Assembly (NCBI GenBank): GCA_012729115.1
Contig: JAAYDR010000113.1
Span: 14,207-78,206 of the forward strand
Length of the DNA: 64,000 nucleotides
Source of the DNA: Clostridiales bacterium
GTDB taxonomy: Bacteria; Bacillota; Clostridia; Christensenellales; Aristaeellaceae
Direction of reading: 5' to 3'
Shown in pieces: positions 1 through 9,114 of this stretch. How positions within the stretch are numbered: position 1 is the stretch's first letter; the number at the start of each line of letters is the position of its first letter. The position numbers and the translations under genes are program-made. The notes beneath the pieces are model-generated. The model did no database searches. It was not told the DNA's origin and worked only from the letters and a program-made list of their open reading frames with translations.

Positions 1-1436
1 GCATTTTCCACCAATCCCTGCACACTCATCACCGGCACTGTGCGGGACAGGGCATCCTGGTGAAGATCAAAATCATACTGGAGTTTGTCTCCAAAGCGGA
101 ACTGCTCGATCTTCAGCACCATGCGCACAAATTCCATCTCATCCTGGAGCGTCACAATATCGCGTGTACTGTCCAGCATCCTGCGGAGAATTTTGGAGAG
201 CGCGCGGAGGATTTCGGCCTCCTCATGGTGGCCGTTTCGGACGCTGAGCACCAGAATGCCGTTGAGCGTGTTGAACAGGAAATGGGGGTCGATCTGTACC
301 TGCAGGTATTTCAGCTGCGCCCGCACATTCTCCAGTTCCAGGCTTTTTTGGCGTAGCTGCAACACGTACAGGTCGTTGATGAGCTGCTTCAGGCGTGCGC
401 CCATTTCGTTGAAATGCGCTGTCAGTTCGCCGATTTCATCCCTGCCCGCTTCCCTGGTGATGGGAGTGAAGTTTTCGGCGGTCATGTTGTCCATATGGGC
501 AAGCAGGCGTTGACTGCGCAGTGAGATGGAGCGGGAGAAGAGAAACGCCATGGCTGCTGCAAATACCGAGCAAACCGCGCCCAGCAGCAGCCCCACCCAC
601 ACCGCTTGCCGAATGTTGGTGTTCTTGGGTTCGTCATTGATGTACGCCATGAGTTTCCATCCCTGCATCGCGCTTCGCTCGCCGAAGGACATGCTCAGGT
701 CGCTGGGTTCCGGTGGACGGATGCTGCGGTCGGCGATGCGTGTATTTTGCAGGCTTCCTGGATAGCACACCGCCGTGCCGTCCGGAGCCACCAGATACAG
801 GGAGAGAAAGGAGCTTTCCTTTGCGATCAGGCTGTTGATCGGCTCCATGTTCAGGTCAATCCGCAGAAGCTCGGTATAGGGCGAACCGGTGTGCAGCATA
901 CGGGTCAGGCAGAGCTGCAGAATGTTGGCCAGCCCCACCTGCTGGCGCAGGTAGACCTTCAGGCCGGTGTCTGCCGGAAGAACATCGGGGAACCATTCCT
1001 GCTCCTGAACTTGCGGCGTGATGCGGATAACCACCCCGCCGTTTGCAATGGTCGGATTATCGGTAACCAGTGTCAGGCCGATCATGTGCTGGGCATAGGC
1101 CAGGGAATAGCGGTTCAGAATGGGGCTGATTTCGTTGATATATGCATGATAGTATTCCGCCGGACTTTGATAATTGCGCTGCATCAGACTGGCCAATTTG
1201 GAATCGCCGGAGACAACGTTCCCCAGGGAGACCGCGCTGGAAAACTGCATGTTGAGCGTTGTATAGACCCTCTCCAGGGATTGGCGGGCATTGAGCAGCT
1301 CCCTGGTGCGAATCTCGTCGGCCACGTTGGTCAGCACAAACGCAAGAAGTACCGCGATGGGCAGCAGGACACCCAGCAAATACAGGAGGAGAAACTTTTT
1401 GCCGATGGGCAGGTTATTCAGGTTGCGCATGATCAT
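1..1436 (-). CDS. YesM-like sensor histidine kinase (partial; C-terminus lies beyond position 1)
   Basis: My reverse-strand translation from ATG 1436 reads MIMRNLNNLPIGKKFLLLYLLGVLLPIAVLL (TM helix). Later there is a second TM, a HAMP-like GRDEIGELTAHFNEMGARL, and the LytS/YesM-type kinase motif QIDPHFLFNTLNGI. It is absent from the ORF track because it is open at the window edge. It overlaps the stop of the upstream regulator by 23 nt. Confidence 0.85.
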   Translation of the reverse strand, partial: MIMRNLNNLPIGKKFLLLYLLGVLLPIAVLLAFVLTNVADEIRTRELLNARQSLERVYTTLNMQFSSAVSLGNVVSGDSKLASLMQRNYQSPAEYYHAYINEISPILNRYSLAYAQHMIGLTLVTDNPTIANGGVVIRITPQVQEQEWFPDVLPADTGLKVYLRQQVGLANILQLCLTRMLHTGSPYTELLRIDLNMEPINSLIAKESSFLSLYLVAPDGTAVCYPGSLQNTRIADRSIRPPEPSDLSMSFGERSAMQGWKLMAYINDEPKNTNIRQAVWVGLLLGAVCSVFAAAMAFLFSRSISLRSQRLLAHMDNMTAENFTPITREAGRDEIGELTAHFNEMGARLKQLINDLYVLQLRQKSLELENVRAQLKYLQVQIDPHFLFNTLNGILVLSVRNGHHEEAEILRALSKILRRMLDSTRDIVTLQDEMEFVRMVLKIEQFRFGDKLQYDFDLHQDALSRTVPVMSVQGLVEN

Positions 1437-2961
1437 GCTCCTTTGAAAGTCCCGCGCTGCGGTAGGCAAGGGGGCTCATCCCGACGCGGTCACGAAACTG
1501 TCTGGAGAAGTATTCCACATCCCGGATGCCAACTTCCAGGGCGATTTGAGATATGGACAGCGTCGTCTGCCGCAGCAGCAGACTGGCGTGTTCCAGCCGG
1601 GTATCCTGCAACAGGCGATGGAAGGTGACGCCCACGTGCATTCGCACCAGCTGCCCCAAATACGCAGGGTTGATTCCCATGCCCTCTGCAACACTTCCAA
1701 TGGAAAGAGACTCCCCATAGCGGGTGTGGATGATGGATACGGCTGTTTTCACAGGGGCGGGCCAGTTCTCCGTAAGCGGACGATCGTTGTCGCTTCTCAG
1801 CCGCCGCAGCGTAGCGGCAAAGATCGAGTACCAGTCAGCCCGGGAGGGCGCTTCCTCCTGCCAAAGCAGCTTCAGGCACAGGCCATCCTCCGCCACACGG
1901 GCAGCAGGGCAGATGGCGTCCAGCGAGGCGGCCATGCAGCGCAGCGCGAACAAGCTGGGAGCAGCTTCCGCAGCCTTGCGCACTGTTTCAGACAGCAGAG
2001 TCTCCAGCGCATCCCCATCCTGGCTGCCAATCGCGTCGCGCAGCTGGGGGATGGGCATGCCTGCCAGCCATTGCGCGGTTTCCGGGTCAATGGGGCGATA
2101 AAGGCGCAGCCCGTGATACTGCTCAAACAGCGCCCCCTGCGCGTCCAGGGCTTCCCGAAGGCTATGCACGAATCCATTGGCGCTCCGGTACACCCGCCCC
2201 ACACTGATCCGCAGAATGCTTGCCGGGGGAAAGTGGGCCACGAGACGTTCCAGGAATGCCAGGTCGCGCTGGGTTTGCCGGAACCGCAGACCGAATTGGT
2301 TGGGCGCCAGTTGGAAAGGAATTGCGTGGAAGGCATCCATCAGGCGCAGGGTGTCTTCCGGCAGGGCATCGATGTTTCCGGCCATCACCGCGGCATAGCA
2401 GGGGTCGCTGGGCTTGAGATCCAGCAGCGTTTGAGCGCGCATCAGGCTTTCAGAGCTGTCATCCCCGAAGGCAAGATGACGAAGCACCTTGTCACGCAGC
2501 AGACCCATGCGCCCCGCGGCGTCCGCCTCCCTCCCGGAGCGCTGGTCCAATTCCGCCTTCACACGACGGAGTACCTTATGCACTTCCTCCGGATCGATGG
2601 GCTTGACAAGGTAATCAAAAACACCGCAGCGAATCGCCGACTGCGCAAAAGAAAAGTCTTTCATGACGCTGAATAGCAGGATGACGACTTCCGGATGGTA
2701 GTGCCTGACGAGAGCGGCCAAATCCGTGCCCAGCAAGCCCGGCATACGCACATCCGTAATGAGCAGGTGCGGATGCAGCGACTCCACAAGCGACAACGCA
2801 TCCTGCGCGGATAGCGCTTCCCCGCAAAGCTCAAATCCGTGGCTGTGCCAGTCGATCATCAGCCGCAGACCTTCCAGCATCAGGGGCTCGTCATCCACAA
2901 TCACCACGCGATACACGATGAAAAACCACCTGTCCAAGCAATTTTTTGATACATCGAACAA
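1414..2961 (-). CDS. YesN-like response regulator (CheY receiver + AraC-type HTH)
   Basis: Receiver motifs VVIVDDEP...LLITDVRMPG...DYLVKP are followed by a C-terminal AraC HTH (SIGSVAEGMGINPAYLGQLV...ISQIALEVGIRDVEYFSRQFRDRVGMSP). The true start is probably GTG 2916 (VYRVVIVDD) rather than the longest ORF start. Confidence 0.9.
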   Translation of the reverse strand: MFDVSKNCLDRWFFIVYRVVIVDDEPLMLEGLRLMIDWHSHGFELCGEALSAQDALSLVESLHPHLLITDVRMPGLLGTDLAALVRHYHPEVVILLFSVMKDFSFAQSAIRCGVFDYLVKPIDPEEVHKVLRRVKAELDQRSGREADAAGRMGLLRDKVLRHLAFGDDSSESLMRAQTLLDLKPSDPCYAAVMAGNIDALPEDTLRLMDAFHAIPFQLAPNQFGLRFRQTQRDLAFLERLVAHFPPASILRISVGRVYRSANGFVHSLREALDAQGALFEQYHGLRLYRPIDPETAQWLAGMPIPQLRDAIGSQDGDALETLLSETVRKAAEAAPSLFALRCMAASLDAICPAARVAEDGLCLKLLWQEEAPSRADWYSIFAATLRRLRSDNDRPLTENWPAPVKTAVSIIHTRYGESLSIGSVAEGMGINPAYLGQLVRMHVGVTFHRLLQDTRLEHASLLLRQTTLSISQIALEVGIRDVEYFSRQFRDRVGMSPLAYRSAGLSKEHDHAQPE

Positions 2962-3097
2962 CAGTATCCGGTACTGCCTATTCTACATGAACAGGCCGGG
3001 TTTCGCAACAACCAAGTGGGCCCTTCCCGCCATATGCATTCCCCAAACGCCGGAGCCCTGGACCCATAAGCGTGCAGGCCATCCGCCCAATTGCCGC

Positions 3098-3125
3098 TTG
3101 ACACGCAGTTTTCCTGGTATATACT
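3098..3125 (+). promoter_or_regulatory. sigma-A-type promoter for the serine hydrolase gene
   Basis: TTGACA (3098-3103), 16-nt spacer, TATACT (3120-3125). An AAAGGAG RBS and ATG 3161 lie downstream. Confidence 0.6.
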
Positions 3126-3160
3126 GGAAAAAAACAGATGCCCGAAAGGAGAATTCCGCC

Positions 3161-4570
3161 ATGTTTGAATCCGTGCGTTCTCCGGAGGAACTGGGGCTTT
3201 CCTCCAAAGTACTCCTGCAATATCTGGATGAAGTGAAAAAGCGCGGGCTGCTCATGCACTCCATGATGATTCTCAAGGACGGCAAGCTGGCCGCGCGGCT
3301 GGAGTGGAAGCCGTACGACACCAAGACGCCTCACATGCTGTTTTCGCTGTCCAAGAGTTTTACCTCGCTGGCGGCAGGATTCTGTGTGGCGGAGGGACTG
3401 TTTGCCTACGATACCCCCATCCTTAAGCTTCTGCCCGACAAGGCCCCGGCAGAGCCTTCGGAGTGGCTGCGGCAGATCACCATCCATGACCTTTTGTGCA
3501 TGGGCAGCGGTTTGGACGAAAAATCGGACTTTCACAAGACAAAGGACTGGGCGAGGGAAGCGCTCTCTTACCCCGTGCGACATAAGCCGGGCACGCACTT
3601 TCACTACAACAGCCATGGAACCTACCTGGTAAGCGCGGCCGTTCAACGGGTCACGGGCATGACCGTGCGCGACTACCTGATGCCCCGGCTGTTCACCCCG
3701 CTTGGGATCGAGCAACCCCACTGGGACAGCTGCCCTCAGGGTGTGAACTGCGGCGGCTGGGGATTGCACCTTTCCTGCGAAAGCATCGCGAAATTTGGTC
3801 AACTGCTTTTGCAGCATGGGATGTGGGAAGGCGCACGCATCCTGCCCGAGGGCTGGGTGGAAACGGCGACCTCCTACAAGATCGCCAATGACGGCGGCCC
3901 GCCCGACCCAAACAATGAATGGGCGCAGGGGTACTGCTACCAGTTTTGGCGGACTCGGGGCAATCGCTATCGGGGTGACGGGATGTATGGTCAGGTCTGC
4001 ATGGTGGACGAGGCGCGGGGCATGGTCATCGCCGCCACCGCAGGCGTGCGGGATATGGGCATGGAGTTCCAGGCCATGCACGACTTTGTTTTTCCCGCGC
4101 TGGGCGCGAAGCCGGGCACGGAAGCCGACCAGCAAGCGCTGCGCCGGCGGATTGCGGAGTTGGAGTATCCCTTCCCCAGGGACGAGGGCGTGGGTCCTCT
4201 GCCCGAGGGGATCTATGTGACCCAGGACGGCAAGGAAAGCGTCACATTCAAGTACCGCAAGGATGGCGCGCTGCGGCTCATGGGCCGGGTAAAGAGAGAC
4301 CGGGCCAACGGTCTGTTCGGCCCGGGAAAGCCGGTGGAAACCCTTCTGCGCGCCACGCCCTTCTCCTCCCTGCGGCAGCCGATGATCGCCGCGTGGGGTC
4401 GCGAAAAGGGCAAGCTCCATGTCGTAGCGCGTATGCCACAGGCGCCCTTTATACTGGACGCGCTCTACACCCTTCAGGGCGACACGCTTGTAGCGCAAAT
4501 TGATTCGCTGGAAGAGCCGCCCAGGGAAGTGCGCTATGTGCGCAAAGAGACAGAACCCGGACGAGGGTGA
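3161..4570 (+). CDS. serine hydrolase, beta-lactamase/PBP-fold (peptidase S12-like)
   Basis: ATG 3161 is preceded by AAAGGAG. It has an S-x-x-K motif (FSLSKSFTS) and a YNSHGTY region. The annotated long ORF start at 2726 has no RBS, and its N-terminal 145 aa look like non-coding read-through. Confidence 0.85.
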   Translation: MFESVRSPEELGLSSKVLLQYLDEVKKRGLLMHSMMILKDGKLAARLEWKPYDTKTPHMLFSLSKSFTSLAAGFCVAEGLFAYDTPILKLLPDKAPAEPSEWLRQITIHDLLCMGSGLDEKSDFHKTKDWAREALSYPVRHKPGTHFHYNSHGTYLVSAAVQRVTGMTVRDYLMPRLFTPLGIEQPHWDSCPQGVNCGGWGLHLSCESIAKFGQLLLQHGMWEGARILPEGWVETATSYKIANDGGPPDPNNEWAQGYCYQFWRTRGNRYRGDGMYGQVCMVDEARGMVIAATAGVRDMGMEFQAMHDFVFPALGAKPGTEADQQALRRRIAELEYPFPRDEGVGPLPEGIYVTQDGKESVTFKYRKDGALRLMGRVKRDRANGLFGPGKPVETLLRATPFSSLRQPMIAAWGREKGKLHVVARMPQAPFILDALYTLQGDTLVAQIDSLEEPPREVRYVRKETEPGRG

Positions 4571-4628
4571 ATCGTCTTTCGGATGAATCGGCAAGCCTGC
4601 GGCTGATGTTGTTTGGTTTTCTTCCCAG

Positions 4629-7600
4629 TCAGTTGTCCAGTAGTCTGCGGTGCAGGGTTGCTCCCAGATGAGCCCGGTCGATGGAGAGAACCTGATCATA
4701 GAAGGACCTGGCCCGATTCGTGTCGCCCAAGCCATGACTGCCCAGGGCGATCAGGTAGGCGCAATGGGCACGGTTGCAGACCGTCAGGTCCTCTTCGAAG
4801 ATTTGGAGATTGGGCAGCGACACTGCGAAATACTCAATGTGCACATCGTCAAAAAGGTGCGTTTCGCCATAATCGATCAGCTTGTGATAGCGTGCTCTGG
4901 CCTGGGCGGTATCCCCCAGCTTTTCAAGAGCCAGGCCCTGATACAGGATCAGGTCGGCGGGTTGGTCATTGTAGTACATCATCCCCTTGGGCTCAGTATC
5001 TCCCAGCGCTGCCAGCTGCCAGCAGGCCTTTGCTTCGTCCAGGCGGCCTGCGGCTTCATACACGCAGCCCAGGGTGTAGTACAGGTGGTTGTCCTTGGCT
5101 CCTTCCAGTTTGCCCTCCCCAAGGCTCTCAGGGAAGACCAGGGCGTGCTTTAACAGCGTTTCAGCCTGGGTCCAGTCCCTGTCGGCCATGGCCTGCCGGG
5201 CCAGTTGCAGCAGGGCAAGGGTATACTGGGTGGTAACCTTGCCTTCGCCACCTTCCCAGGGATGGAACTTCCGCGCCATGATCCGCTCCAAGGCCTGCTG
5301 GTGCTGGCCCATCAGGTTCAGCAGCGTGATATATTCCACATACAGATCATCCCGCTTCTGATAGGTGGCTTCATGGGTATCCAGGAATGCCAGCCTGTCG
5401 GCGGGAGACATGCCGTTGGCCTTGTACAGCTGGTCCAACTCGAGCAAAACCCGGGCGTCGGTGGGATCCAAGGCAAAGGCCCGCTCCATGGCCTCTTGGG
5501 CCTTCATCAGCTGCCTGTCTTTGTTGTAATAGACCAATGCGAGGTTGCGCCACACGGTAGGAAAGGTGTCATCCAGGACCCTGCTGCGTTCCCATAAGGC
5601 CTTGGCCTCCTGGTAACGTTTGCGGTCGTATAGGAGATTGCCAAGATAGTAGGGAGCCCTGGCATCTTCCGGTGCAGCTTCCATGGCATGGGTCAGTATC
5701 GCAATATCCTCCAGATGGTTGGGGAAGGTGTATTTGGGGTTGCAAGCTGCCGCAGCCGCCAGCGCTTTGCCTGCCAGCAGGTCCTGGCCTGCACGGGCCG
5801 CATATGCGGCCTGGTAGTAGCGCAGCAATGGCTGGTTGCGATCTCCCTGGGCCAGCATCGCCAGGGCCTTGTGATAATTCCCGGCCTCCGCGTAATCCCG
5901 GGCAGCGCCCAGCAGCGTCTGGGTACTGTTTTTCATCATGGAGATGGTGGCGGAACCATCTGTGCCAAGGAGCATTTCCAGTTCCCAGCGGGACAAATAA
6001 TCAAAGGGATCAATGGAGATGTTTTCACGCAGCCAGGCCTCCGTTTCAGGCTTACCAAGAGCCGCCAGCAGGCTCCCTTTGAGAGCCCGGGCTTTGATGT
6101 TCCGGCTGTTCTTGATAAGGGCCCTTTCCAGGAACGCAAGGGCCTGCAGGGGCTCGTCCCTGCGGGCTGAAATCGCCGCGAGATAGTAAAAGGACATCTC
6201 CTGCTGGGCGCTGGTCCAGGTGGCTTTGTAGAAAGCGCCAAAGGCTTCGTCAAACCGTTCCTGGTAGAAAAGGGCCAGACCCAGGTTGTAGTAAGGTTCA
6301 CTGTCGTAGGGATTGGGATTGCGCTGGATCAGACGTTTGATGGCGTTTTGGAAATGCTCTTCCGCTTGCATAAACTGTCCCCGGCGGAGCAGAAGCATGC
6401 CATAGGCATTGTTGATGCGGCTGTCCAGAGGGTCACGCTTCAGGCCTTCCAGGTAGTAGGGATCAGGGGCATAGGTGGCATGGCGGTATTGTTCCAAGTG
6501 CAATGCGGTGAGCAGCAGTTCTTCATTGGTGGGAATCTGCTCCGGCGACAGGGCGGCCTGTGCCGGTTCCGGCTGGGGAGCAATAGAGGGTTCCTGCGGG
6601 GTATACTGGAGCATCAACCGTCCATCCGGGGCATATACACGGAGGGTAAGCCGGCTTTCCGGGATTTCTCCAATATCCACGGACTGGTGGAAAACATCGG
6701 TGGGGGAGAGAGTACCCTGCCAGGAAAACAGCGCCTGGTCCCCGTGGGTCAAGGTTATGCGGGCATCTTCATACCGGGCGGTGGCGTACACGCAAACCAG
6801 GGCTGTGCCATTGGTACACTCCAGGTTCAACGCGGCCTCGGCGCTGGCGTTTTTCACGCCGGCCGCCTTTTTGTAGGGCATAAAGTACTGCACAAAACTC
6901 TTTTCCTCAAAGGGCTTCAGCCAGCTGAAATCAGGCTGGTTATCGGTGAACACCCCGGTCATCAGCTCGATATAGGGTCCGTTAGCATCCGTCAGGTTGC
7001 GGTCCCAAGCCTTGCCAAAGTCACCGCAGCCCCAGGTCCACTGTTTTTTGCCGGGAGAGATATGATGGTCGGCAACATGCAGAATGCCGGCTTCCTTCCC
7101 ATAGTCGTATCCGCCCACAAAGTCATAGTCAGAATGGTACGCCATATAGGAGGTGGGCACAGGGATGTTTTTATAGCGGGAAATATCCACTCCCTCGCCG
7201 TAATCATGCTTGTAGTAGACCCCGGTTGCGATGGGAAATCGGGACACAGCCCGCTTGCCATGATCCATCACAGCCCGTACGTCCGGCGGGAAGATGGACT
7301 GGGTGTCATCATTGACGGAAACGGCAGGATTGGCCCACCACAAGAAGGTCTGGGGTAGGGGTGTGCGGTTATAAAGCTGGCCGCGAATCTCAATATACGC
7401 TTTGTCCGGATACAAGGTAAAGCTGGCCATGCCCTTGGTGCCGTACATTTGATCCACTTCATTAATGCGAACGGTCTTGCTGCCGTCCGGATTCTTGCAA
7501 AGCAGATAGTCAACAGGGCAGTAGGTGGTGGGGCGGTGATGCTGGGGCCAGTTGAATTCGATGCCCCCACTGATCCATGGGCCTGTCAGGCCAACTAGCG

Positions 7601-7916
7601 CGGGCTTGATGACCTCATTGTAGTATACAAAATCATAGCCGTTGGTTTTGTCCAAAGCACGTTGAATCCGGCCGCCCAGTTCCGGCAGCAGCATCACATG
7701 CAGGTAATCGTTTTCCAGAAACAGAGCCCGATATGTCTTGTCCACTTTTTCATCGTAAATTTTATCAATCACAGGCAGGGGATATACCTTACCGGAGCTC
7801 CCCTGGTATACGCGCTTTTCCAAAAACATGGGGTTCTGATCCGGCACCCCTACTTCATAGGTGGGAATGACTACCTGTTCTTCCCAAACCTCCACACAGC
7901 CCTTCCTGTGTTCCAT
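4629..7916 (-). CDS. DUF5107-type N-terminal domain fused to a long TPR-repeat region (function unknown)
   Basis: N-terminus is VEVWEEQVVIPTYEVGVPDQNPMFLEKRVYQGSSGKVYPLP...GGIEFNWPQHHRP, which I recognise as DUF5107-like. The C-terminal ~650 aa are degenerate TPR-like repeats (A/Y/L-rich 34-aa periodicity). ATG 7916 has a GGAGG 8 nt upstream; the track start 7931 is a TTG. Confidence 0.8.
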   Translation of the reverse strand: MEHRKGCVEVWEEQVVIPTYEVGVPDQNPMFLEKRVYQGSSGKVYPLPVIDKIYDEKVDKTYRALFLENDYLHVMLLPELGGRIQRALDKTNGYDFVYYNEVIKPALVGLTGPWISGGIEFNWPQHHRPTTYCPVDYLLCKNPDGSKTVRINEVDQMYGTKGMASFTLYPDKAYIEIRGQLYNRTPLPQTFLWWANPAVSVNDDTQSIFPPDVRAVMDHGKRAVSRFPIATGVYYKHDYGEGVDISRYKNIPVPTSYMAYHSDYDFVGGYDYGKEAGILHVADHHISPGKKQWTWGCGDFGKAWDRNLTDANGPYIELMTGVFTDNQPDFSWLKPFEEKSFVQYFMPYKKAAGVKNASAEAALNLECTNGTALVCVYATARYEDARITLTHGDQALFSWQGTLSPTDVFHQSVDIGEIPESRLTLRVYAPDGRLMLQYTPQEPSIAPQPEPAQAALSPEQIPTNEELLLTALHLEQYRHATYAPDPYYLEGLKRDPLDSRINNAYGMLLLRRGQFMQAEEHFQNAIKRLIQRNPNPYDSEPYYNLGLALFYQERFDEAFGAFYKATWTSAQQEMSFYYLAAISARRDEPLQALAFLERALIKNSRNIKARALKGSLLAALGKPETEAWLRENISIDPFDYLSRWELEMLLGTDGSATISMMKNSTQTLLGAARDYAEAGNYHKALAMLAQGDRNQPLLRYYQAAYAARAGQDLLAGKALAAAAACNPKYTFPNHLEDIAILTHAMEAAPEDARAPYYLGNLLYDRKRYQEAKALWERSRVLDDTFPTVWRNLALVYYNKDRQLMKAQEAMERAFALDPTDARVLLELDQLYKANGMSPADRLAFLDTHEATYQKRDDLYVEYITLLNLMGQHQQALERIMARKFHPWEGGEGKVTTQYTLALLQLARQAMADRDWTQAETLLKHALVFPESLGEGKLEGAKDNHLYYTLGCVYEAAGRLDEAKACWQLAALGDTEPKGMMYYNDQPADLILYQGLALEKLGDTAQARARYHKLIDYGETHLFDDVHIEYFAVSLPNLQIFEEDLTVCNRAHCAYLIALGSHGLGDTNRARSFYDQVLSIDRAHLGATLHRRLLDN

Positions 7917-8109
7917 GTGCAGCGCCTCCAATCCATATCCACCACAGTATGACAGATGAGTGATCGTATATCGATGGTATCACAAACCAAGGTAAAATAG
8001 TTGGCGCTGTTTGCGGTTTTATTTTAGTTTCATGCCCTCTTGTTCGTAAGGCCGCCTTTTATTTTTTATTCTGTGTACCTCTCCCGATTCAGCCGGATCA
8101 GCCGATGGA

Positions 8110-8138
8110 TTGACAGGCCCGGCATTGCCTGCTATGAT
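8110..8138 (+). promoter_or_regulatory. sigma-A-type promoter for the AraC-family gene
   Basis: TTGACA (8110-8115), 17-nt spacer, TATGAT (8133-8138). Confidence 0.6.
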
Positions 8139-8189
8139 GAGAATCAGCAAATTTTTATTATTTTTGCTGTGTAGGGAAGGTGCTGCAGC

Positions 8190-9035
8190 ATGAAAATTAT
8201 TGAGCGGGGTGTGCTGCCCAACTCCGAAGTGTATTTTCACACCGCCAGCGAGGCAGCCCGGCGGATGTATTTTTATCTGAGATGCACAGGCCACTTTTAC
8301 TGCGATGAAAATTATGCGGTTAACCGCCAGAGTTACAGCAGCTTTCTGATCCTGTATGTGGCCCGGGGATCTGGCTATGCGTATATAGAGAATCGACGGG
8401 TGGAGTTAAGCGAGGGGTACTTTGCCCTGCTGGATTGCTTTGCTCCCCATCGCTATGGCACCCAAACGGGCTGGGAAATCTACTGGATCCACTTTCATGG
8501 CGTCACGGCCCGGGAGTATTACAATGTTATTGTGCAGAACAAAAATCAGTTTATGCTACCCCTCAACCCTTATTCCACCGCCAGGGATCTGGAACGGATT
8601 TTCAGCATGTTTGACACACAAAAAAGGACGGTTGAACCGCTAATCTCCAAGTACATCACCTCGCTGCTGACGGAGTTTGTGATCTATAACGGCACCCAGC
8701 GCCAGACAACCCAGAGTAGCGGCATGGAGCAGGTGCTCAACTACATTGCGGAAAACGTGGACAAGAATCTGACCCTGGCAGAGCTGGCACAAAAGGCGGC
8801 CTTAAGCCCCTACTATTTTTCCCGGGTGTTTAAAAAAGAAATCGGGTATTCCCCGCACGAGTACCTGATCATTGCCCGGGTCAACACAGCAAAGTTTTAC
8901 CTGAAAACCTCCGTCCTGCCCATCAAGGAAATTGCTTTTCGCTGCGGGTTTTCCAGCGAGTGTAATTTTTGCACCACGTTTAAGCGTATCGTCTCCATCA
9001 CGCCCCTGACTTACCGCAACAGCGGGCAGCTGTAG
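8190..9035 (+). CDS. AraC family transcriptional regulator (cupin sensor + HTH)
   Basis: N-terminal cupin-like region (YFALLDCFAPHRYG...WEIYWIHFHG). C-terminal AraC HTH (LTLAELAQKAALSPYYFSRVFKKEIGYSPHEYL...IKEIAFRCGFSSECNFCTTFKR). Confidence 0.9.
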   Translation: MKIIERGVLPNSEVYFHTASEAARRMYFYLRCTGHFYCDENYAVNRQSYSSFLILYVARGSGYAYIENRRVELSEGYFALLDCFAPHRYGTQTGWEIYWIHFHGVTAREYYNVIVQNKNQFMLPLNPYSTARDLERIFSMFDTQKRTVEPLISKYITSLLTEFVIYNGTQRQTTQSSGMEQVLNYIAENVDKNLTLAELAQKAALSPYYFSRVFKKEIGYSPHEYLIIARVNTAKFYLKTSVLPIKEIAFRCGFSSECNFCTTFKRIVSITPLTYRNSGQL

Positions 9036-9070
9036 GCTCTCACTGACACATATTTTCTTATATACAAAGA

Positions 9071-9099
9071 AGCTGCCGCGCATGGCGACAGCCTCTTTT
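9071..9099. terminator. putative bidirectional rho-independent terminator between convergent genes
   Basis: GCTGCCGC / GCGACAGC stem (one mismatch) with a GCATG loop, followed by CTCTTTTT on + and preceded by an A-rich tract. It lies between the AraC stop (9035) and the SBP stop (9115). Confidence 0.5.
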
Positions 9100-9114
9100 T
9101 AATCCGGGCAGTGC

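Noticed and set aside
606-1628. 340-aa plus-strand ORF, with other ORFs at 60-765.
   Set aside because: It is antisense to a clearly recognisable YesM-type histidine kinase on the minus strand. The translation is Gly/Arg/Gln/His-rich with no motifs, a typical shadow ORF in high-GC DNA.
2978-4735. 585-aa minus-strand ORF.
   Set aside because: It lies opposite the serine hydrolase gene, which has the S-x-x-K motif, an RBS and a promoter. The product is Arg/Gly/Pro/His-rich low-complexity sequence.
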